A DNA stretch of 64,000 bases from assembly GCA_002709645.1 (NCBI GenBank), contig PAQG01000049.1, positions 714 to 64,713 of the forward strand. The letters run 5' to 3'. The stretch is from Acidimicrobiaceae bacterium. Its GTDB lineage: Bacteria > Actinomycetota > Acidimicrobiia > Acidimicrobiales > UBA8592. Within the stretch, counting starts at the first letter, position 1. Each line of letters opens with the position of its first letter. Below are positions 58,428 through 64,000 of this stretch, in pieces. The notes beneath the pieces are model-generated. The model ran no database searches. It was not told where the DNA came from and saw only the letters and a program-made list of their open reading frames with translations. The translations under genes were made by a program, and so were the position numbers.

Positions 58428-59894
58428 ATGTCTACAAACTTCTCTAGTCTCGGAGTGCCAGAATTCATTTGTAAAGCCCTTGCCCGTCAAGGAATTCGAG
58501 AGCCATTTGAAATTCAAGAGAAAACTATTCAGGAAGGCTTGGAAGGTAAAGATATCTGTGGAAGAGCACCTACGGGATCTGGGAAAACTCTCGCGTTCGG
58601 AATACCTCTCGTAGTAAGAACAAGAGCATCGGAACCGCGTAATCCGCAAAGTTTAGTTCTTGCACCCACTAGAGAGCTAGCTGAACAAATCTGTAATGAG
58701 CTTCGGTCTTTCAGCGGCAAAAGAAATATTTTCGTTGTTTATGGTGGGGTAGGGTATGGCCCGCAACGAAAAGCATTATCTAAAGGAGTTGATATTCTTG
58801 TCGCTTGCCCTGGCCGGCTCGAAGATCTCATTGAGCAAGGTGAAGTAAATCTTGGAGCAGTGCAGCAAGTAGTTATTGATGAGGCTGACCGAATGGCCGA
58901 TATGGGATTTATGCCAGCGATCTCTCGAATCCTTGACCAGACGTCAAACAAGCGACAGACAATTCTCTTCTCAGCAACTCTTGATAGAGAAGTAGCGCAA
59001 TTGAAAAAACGTTACCAACGGGACCCAGTCTTGCATGAAGTGGGAGAGCGAACGCCTGATATTACGAAAGCAACCCATACATTTATGATCGCGAAAAAAT
59101 CAGAGAAGTCTGTTGCTGCTGCCGAAGCAGTGAAAGCTATCTGGCCTGCGATTGTCTTTTGTAGAACTCGGCATGGTTCTGACCGTTTAGCAAAACAGTT
59201 AAAGAGACTAGGAGTAGATGCTGAAGCGATACATGGGGGGAAGAGTCAACATCAACGAAGGCGAGCTCTTCAGAACTTCACTAATGGGAAAGCGCAAACG
59301 CTAGTAGCTACGGATGTTGCGGCTCGGGGAATCCATGTAGATGGAGTTGAACTAGTAGTTCATTATGATCTCCCTGAAGATCATAAAGCGTATATCCACC
59401 GTTCAGGACGCACAGCTCGGGCAGGAAATGAAGGAATAGTTTTTTCTATTATCCAACCCGAACAAAGAAGAACAGCGAAAAAAATGCAATCACGGTTAGG
59501 GATCAGTGAAGCGATACACAGGATAGAACCAGAGCGGTTATCTGAACTTTCACCACAGGTTTCAAGGAAAAGTAGAGCAGAAAAACAATTAGGACAGAAA
59601 TCAGGGGAAAAATCGAAATCAGAGAAAAAGACTACGCACGGGGAATCATTAAAGAAACGTAACGGTCAGAAGCCAAAGAATCGTTCAAAGGCTTCGCATC
59701 ACAAACCTAAAAAGAAAAATTCATCAAATAGAAATAAGAAAAAAACGAATAATAAACATATAAAGAAACATGGTTCGCAGAAACCAAAATCAGATCAGAA
59801 TAGAAATCAGAACAGAAAGGAATCCTCGCCGAAATCCAGTGGTCGGCCCAATCGAAAAGCCCGTCGAGCACATTTGCAGCCAACAAACCGTTGA
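58428..59894 (+). CDS. DEAD-box RNA helicase with basic C-terminal tail
   Basis: TGSGKT, PTRELA, DEAD, SAT, ARGIHV and HRSGRTAR motifs; K/R/N-rich tail. Confidence 0.96.
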   Translation: MSTNFSSLGVPEFICKALARQGIREPFEIQEKTIQEGLEGKDICGRAPTGSGKTLAFGIPLVVRTRASEPRNPQSLVLAPTRELAEQICNELRSFSGKRNIFVVYGGVGYGPQRKALSKGVDILVACPGRLEDLIEQGEVNLGAVQQVVIDEADRMADMGFMPAISRILDQTSNKRQTILFSATLDREVAQLKKRYQRDPVLHEVGERTPDITKATHTFMIAKKSEKSVAAAEAVKAIWPAIVFCRTRHGSDRLAKQLKRLGVDAEAIHGGKSQHQRRRALQNFTNGKAQTLVATDVAARGIHVDGVELVVHYDLPEDHKAYIHRSGRTARAGNEGIVFSIIQPEQRRTAKKMQSRLGISEAIHRIEPERLSELSPQVSRKSRAEKQLGQKSGEKSKSEKKTTHGESLKKRNGQKPKNRSKASHHKPKKKNSSNRNKKKTNNKHIKKHGSQKPKSDQNRNQNRKESSPKSSGRPNRKARRAHLQPTNR

Positions 59895-59935
59895 ACAATT
59901 GGTATTAGTGCTTAGGAACTGTCTCTAGTGGGTAT

Positions 59936-60826
59936 TTAGGTCTCTGCTTTAGCGGATTCCATATCATTTCGTTTACTTCTCAGGTAGCTACTTGACCCAA
60001 GCCCGACCAACACAATAATCATTCCTAATCCCTTTGCCCCTGAAATTGTTGCCTCTAAGAAAAGTACGGCAGAAACGGTGGCTGTAACAGGAACCAGTAA
60101 CTGAAGAATACCGATCAAGCTAAGAGGTGTTTTCCCCTGAGAGAAATTAAGAAGAACGTGACCTACTCCCGGTATCGAAGCAACTGCGAGAATTTGCAGG
60201 AGGTCTCGTTCCGTTTGAGGCATTATCCCTGCTCCAGCGAAAAGCATCATGGGGGTAAGGATAATTCCAGACCATATGAAATAACCGGTCATGAATTCAG
60301 CGACTCCAAGTCTCGTCAAAGCTCTTTTCGCGAATGCGAAGTAGCCGGCTCCTAGAGTAATCCCTAACAACGCGACGAGATCGCCACTGATTTTTCCGCT
60401 CCCATCACTTGTGCCAGCTAGGACAATGATGACCGCTCCTCCAATAGAGAGAAATGATAATCCAATATCTCCAGACGTAATCTTTTCTGAGAAAAAGTAA
60501 TAACTCAAAAAAATGACAATTAATGGCTGCAATGAACTGATAAGGCTTGCGTTGATAAGGCTTGTTATTTGGGTGGACCAAAAAAACAGCCCGATAGCTG
60601 AGCCAAAGCATATTCCTGCAGGAGCACACAATAAGAAATTACGCCAGGTAAATTTTTGTTTCTGTTTAAGAAGAACGTAAAAGCCTAAGAAAGGTACGAA
60701 AATCCATGATCTCCAAAAGGCCATAGTGAACCCATGCACTTCAGAGTCTGAAACAATTACGGAAGCGATAGCGATAAGTACATAACCGAGACTGCAAGAA
60801 ATTATTCCAATTTGGAGTTCATTCAT
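59936..60826 (-). CDS. DMT/EamA family transporter
   Basis: Two EamA repeats, about 10 TM; FWR, QP, EK and GD motifs. Confidence 0.88.
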   Translation of the reverse strand: MNELQIGIISCSLGYVLIAIASVIVSDSEVHGFTMAFWRSWIFVPFLGFYVLLKQKQKFTWRNFLLCAPAGICFGSAIGLFFWSTQITSLINASLISSLQPLIVIFLSYYFFSEKITSGDIGLSFLSIGGAVIIVLAGTSDGSGKISGDLVALLGITLGAGYFAFAKRALTRLGVAEFMTGYFIWSGIILTPMMLFAGAGIMPQTERDLLQILAVASIPGVGHVLLNFSQGKTPLSLIGILQLLVPVTATVSAVLFLEATISGAKGLGMIIVLVGLGSSSYLRSKRNDMESAKAET

Positions 60827-61027
60827 GGAAGTGGGTTTAGGGGGTTGATTATCGATAATGTACTCAGTTTCTTGAGAGGGAGTGGCAGAATTTGCTATTT
60901 TCAGACTAGTAGGATTTCTCCAGCCGTGTTTCTGTGATGACGGAACCTAGTGAACTTTATCGGTAAATAAGTAAGGCATAGAAACAGATTTAAGAGCCTT
61001 TCCACTCTTTAAGCCTAGAATCGTAAC

Positions 61028-61993
61028 GTGGGGCATGCTGAAAATTTTTATCTTGAGAACTTTTCCCTTGCAGGAGTTGTTGGTGAATCAATTGTTTTTG
61101 AATCGGGGAATCCCCTGAACTATTTTGAGGCGATCGAGGCACCTCATCAAATTGAACGAATTAACATCAGTGGAAAACTTTTCATTGCTTCCTCGGATAA
61201 TTTATCTCCCGCCGTCATTGTCGTGCCAGGAAGTTTGGGAGTCGGTGAGAACCATCTGCAGCACGCGGAAACGATTGTTTCTCAAGGCATAGCTGCCTTT
61301 GTGATAGACCCTTTTGCGAATAGGAATGTGGAGTCAACAGTTGCAAACCAGACCCCCTTTTCTTTCGCTGCGAGTGCATTCGATGTCTTGATGGCTCTAG
61401 AAACTATTGCTAAGCATCCAAAAATTGATGCTAATCGGATTTCCGCTCAAGGACATAGTAGAGGAGGATCTGCTGTTCTAATGGCAAGTACGCGGCAATT
61501 CGCTGATCCCATTATCGGAAGCAATCTTTGTTTTGAAGGGGTTTATGCGGTGTATCCGTGGTGTGGTCACCAATTTCTTAAGCCATCCGTTGGCCATACG
61601 AAGGTGAGAGCAATAGTAGGGGAACGAGATGATTGGCTTTCAGTTCAGCAAGTCCAATCCCAGATTCAAGCAGTCGCACTTGACGGTGGTGATGCTTCAA
61701 TTCGGATCGTTAAGGGGGCATCGCACAGTTTCGACTGGGATGAAGAAGTATATGAAATTCCTGAAGCAAGCGTCGCTCCTGAAGCCCCAACCGTGTATTT
61801 GGACGCTACTGGAGCAATGATTGATCCTGTTACTGGAGAGGCAAACTCACTTTCAACTGACCGAACGCATTTTTTGGCTGCAATTGAAGGTGGCTTTGGC
61901 AGGCGAGGTGCACATGTGGGCAGCTCTGGGGAACAGGCATACATTTTCCGTGAGGATATGTTGCAATTCCATAAATCTACCTTAAGGGTTTAG
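61028..61993 (+). CDS. Dienelactone hydrolase-like alpha/beta hydrolase
   Basis: GHSRGG nucleophile elbow, YP.C, GERDD and GASHSFD motifs. Confidence 0.82.
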   Translation: MGHAENFYLENFSLAGVVGESIVFESGNPLNYFEAIEAPHQIERINISGKLFIASSDNLSPAVIVVPGSLGVGENHLQHAETIVSQGIAAFVIDPFANRNVESTVANQTPFSFAASAFDVLMALETIAKHPKIDANRISAQGHSRGGSAVLMASTRQFADPIIGSNLCFEGVYAVYPWCGHQFLKPSVGHTKVRAIVGERDDWLSVQQVQSQIQAVALDGGDASIRIVKGASHSFDWDEEVYEIPEASVAPEAPTVYLDATGAMIDPVTGEANSLSTDRTHFLAAIEGGFGRRGAHVGSSGEQAYIFREDMLQFHKSTLRV

Positions 61994-62030
61994 GGCCTGC
62001 CCGTTTCTTTTAGTATCTAGTCCTAAATAG

Positions 62031-62045
62031 ATTCTTGACAAGAAT
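62031..62045. promoter_or_regulatory. Palindromic operator candidate overlapping a TTGACA element
   Basis: ATTCTTG-A-CAAGAAT; TAGTCT lies 15 nt after TTGACA. Confidence 0.55.
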
Positions 62046-62098
62046 TCCTTTTATGTAGTCTTCTAAATACAGGCAGAAGAAAAGCTGGGGAGCACAGA

Positions 62099-63070
62099 TT
62101 GAGTATTGGTCGTAAACAAGGACTTGTTGAAGTCGCTGATGGTATTCACGTATGGCTTCCCGCTGACGGTTCATGGGGGTGGAGTAACGCAGGATTAATC
62201 GCCGATAATGATCAGACAATGATTGTCGACACCCTTTTTGATCTTCCATTAACGAAAATCATGCTGGGAGAAATGGGGCGAGTCATTCCGGCGGTCAAAG
62301 AGCACGTAGATATTTTGCTAAATACTCATGCGAATGGTGACCATTGCCATGGAAACGAACTTGTACCCACATCACGAATTATTTCGTCTGTCGCAACTGC
62401 TGATGAAATGTCTGAACTCCCTCCTGCTGCGTTAGCGGCGATGGTGCGGAGATTCGAAGAAGATGACTCTCCACTTGGACGATATATCAAACATGCATTC
62501 GGAGATTTTAATTTTTCAGATATCACTATGAAGGCCCCTACGGAAACATTCACAAAGAGTATGTCAGTGACTATCGGAGATCTTGAAATTGAATTGATTG
62601 AGGTTGGTCCTGCCCATACTAAGGGAGATGTTCTCGTATATGTCCCATCACGCGGCGTGATCTTTACCGGAGATATTCTTTTCATTGAAGGAACGCCTTT
62701 GATGTGGGCTGGGCCGGTTGATAATTGGATAGATGCTTGTGATCGTATTGCCTCTTTGGAAGCCGTTACTATTCCAGGGCATGGACCCATTACAGATTCT
62801 TCGGGGGCTATAGCAGTTCGCGACTATTGGATCATGCTCAAAAATGAGGCGAAGATCCGGTTTGATGATGGCATGTCAGTTCGTGATGCGGCGAGAGATA
62901 TTGATCTCGGGGCCTTTGCTGATTGGGGTGAAAGTGAGAGAATATACCTGAACGTGAATTCGCTTTACCGGGAATTTGGAAGTTCGGAAGTGGTTGAGGA
63001 TGTCATGGAACTTTTTGCGGAGATGGGTCAAATTTGGGAGGGTGAAGGCGAAAATGAAAAACATATTTAA
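62099..63070 (+). CDS. MBL-fold metallo-hydrolase (cyclase-like)
   Basis: GWSNAGL, VDT, THANGDH, AHT.GD, TGD and PGHG motifs. Confidence 0.88.
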   Translation: MSIGRKQGLVEVADGIHVWLPADGSWGWSNAGLIADNDQTMIVDTLFDLPLTKIMLGEMGRVIPAVKEHVDILLNTHANGDHCHGNELVPTSRIISSVATADEMSELPPAALAAMVRRFEEDDSPLGRYIKHAFGDFNFSDITMKAPTETFTKSMSVTIGDLEIELIEVGPAHTKGDVLVYVPSRGVIFTGDILFIEGTPLMWAGPVDNWIDACDRIASLEAVTIPGHGPITDSSGAIAVRDYWIMLKNEAKIRFDDGMSVRDAARDIDLGAFADWGESERIYLNVNSLYREFGSSEVVEDVMELFAEMGQIWEGEGENEKHI

Positions 63071-63746
63071 GTTCTTGAAACAAGAAAGAGATAAACGGTC
63101 ATTTTTTCTAGAGGATAAGATCGTAGATTATATTTTTTCTAGTAGTACAGAAATAGATAGAGTACAAAAGTCGTTGATTGATGAGACTGCAAATTTGGGT
63201 TGGGTTTCAAGGATGCAGATATCGCCGGATCAGGGGAATCTACTGACAATGCTAGTGAAAGCATTGCGACCGAATTTCGCGGTTGAGGTGGGAACTTTCA
63301 CAGGGTATTCGGCTTTATCTATCGCTAAAGGGTTACCGGCTAACGCTAAGTTACTGTGCTGTGATGTTTCAGAGACATGGACAGATATTGCGAAACGGCA
63401 TTGGAAGCAAGCCGGCGTGGAAGGGAAGATTGACTTAATCCTCGCTCCAGCGCTTGAAACTTTAGAGAAAATACCAGAAGAGCAACAGATTGATTTCGCT
63501 TTCATTGATGCTGATAAAGGAAATTACATAAACTACTACGAAGCAATACTTAATCGCCTTTCAGAGAGTGGCCTTATTGTTGTTGATAATGTTCTCTGGT
63601 CTGGCAGAGTTGTCGATGACAGTATCAATGATGAAGACACGATCGCTATACGTAATTTTAACCAGCATGTGAAAAATGATGAGCGAGTTCTCTGCGCGAT
63701 GTTATCTATAGGGGATGGTATTTCCGTCATCCAAAAAAAGTCGTAA
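63054..63746 (+). CDS. Caffeoyl-CoA-type SAM-dependent O-methyltransferase
   Basis: EVGTFTGYS, FIDADK.NY, DNVLW.G and GDG motifs. Confidence 0.93.
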   Translation: MKNIFKFLKQERDKRSFFLEDKIVDYIFSSSTEIDRVQKSLIDETANLGWVSRMQISPDQGNLLTMLVKALRPNFAVEVGTFTGYSALSIAKGLPANAKLLCCDVSETWTDIAKRHWKQAGVEGKIDLILAPALETLEKIPEEQQIDFAFIDADKGNYINYYEAILNRLSESGLIVVDNVLWSGRVVDDSINDEDTIAIRNFNQHVKNDERVLCAMLSIGDGISVIQKKS

Positions 63747-63749
63747 GAA

Positions 63750-64000
63750 ATGCTTTCATCGGCGCTTTATTCACGTGAATACCGGAGAAACCCAGAGGTT
63801 ATTTGGGAAAAGATGCGTAATGATTTCCCTGTCTTCTATGACGACGTCAGTGACATGTGGTGGGTAACACGATATGAAGATGTCAAAAATATTTTCATCG
63901 ATCACGAAACGTTTTCTTCTTCAACTTACGAATTAACAACTGGTCAGGTGGTGGGCCCAACGCTCATTTCTCGGGATGATTATGGTCATGTGGTTCGTCG
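63750..64000 (+). CDS. Cytochrome P450, N-terminal part (runs off the window end)
   Basis: Not in the ORF track. Manual translation gives MLSSALYSREYRRNPEVIWEKMRNDFPVFYD...WWVTRYEDVKNIF.DHETFSS...PTLISRDDYGHVVRR, typical of a bacterial P450 N-terminus. Confidence 0.8.
   Translation, partial: MLSSALYSREYRRNPEVIWEKMRNDFPVFYDDVSDMWWVTRYEDVKNIFIDHETFSSSTYELTTGQVVGPTLISRDDYGHVVR

Noticed and set aside
59560-59894. A-rich low-complexity stretch
   Set aside because: Encodes the usual Lys/Arg/Asn-rich tail of DEAD-box helicases.

Overview
Gene-dense chromosomal window from a moderate-GC actinobacterium. GC is roughly low-to-mid 40s % by eye. Actinobacterial-type HemH, DapD and SerC, plus PlsY and the gene content, suggest a marine Acidimicrobiia lineage (inference). 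It holds about 57 CDS and 3 tRNAs (Ala-CGC, Glu-CTC, Gln-CTG), with no rRNA, CRISPR, integrase or transposase. Housekeeping blocks: hemH/nei, nfuA, dxs, tldD-pmbA-uppP, plsY, moeA-moaA-moaC, dapD-rsgA, serC, serA, leuCD, greA, leuB-ilvE-cimA-gltX and a DEAD-box helicase. Most notable: (1) an 8.7-kb cluster of three polytopic GT-C-type glycosyltransferase genes carrying four GT-C modules (TIGR03663-like and a PMT_2 + DUF2298/'YYY' fusion); (2) an uncharacterised acyl-CoA module led by a 102-aa protein with two desulforedoxin-like repeats; (3) a SepX/GlpR-like membrane protein sitting with moeA, moaA and moaC; (4) FadE30/IpdE1- and FadA6-like steroid ring C/D catabolic genes; (5) pervasive leaderless gene starts, a probable CTG start codon and an amidohydrolase with an in-frame TAA; (6) several candidate operators, an ECF promoter and a candidate sRNA. 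All family assignments come from motif recognition, not database searches.
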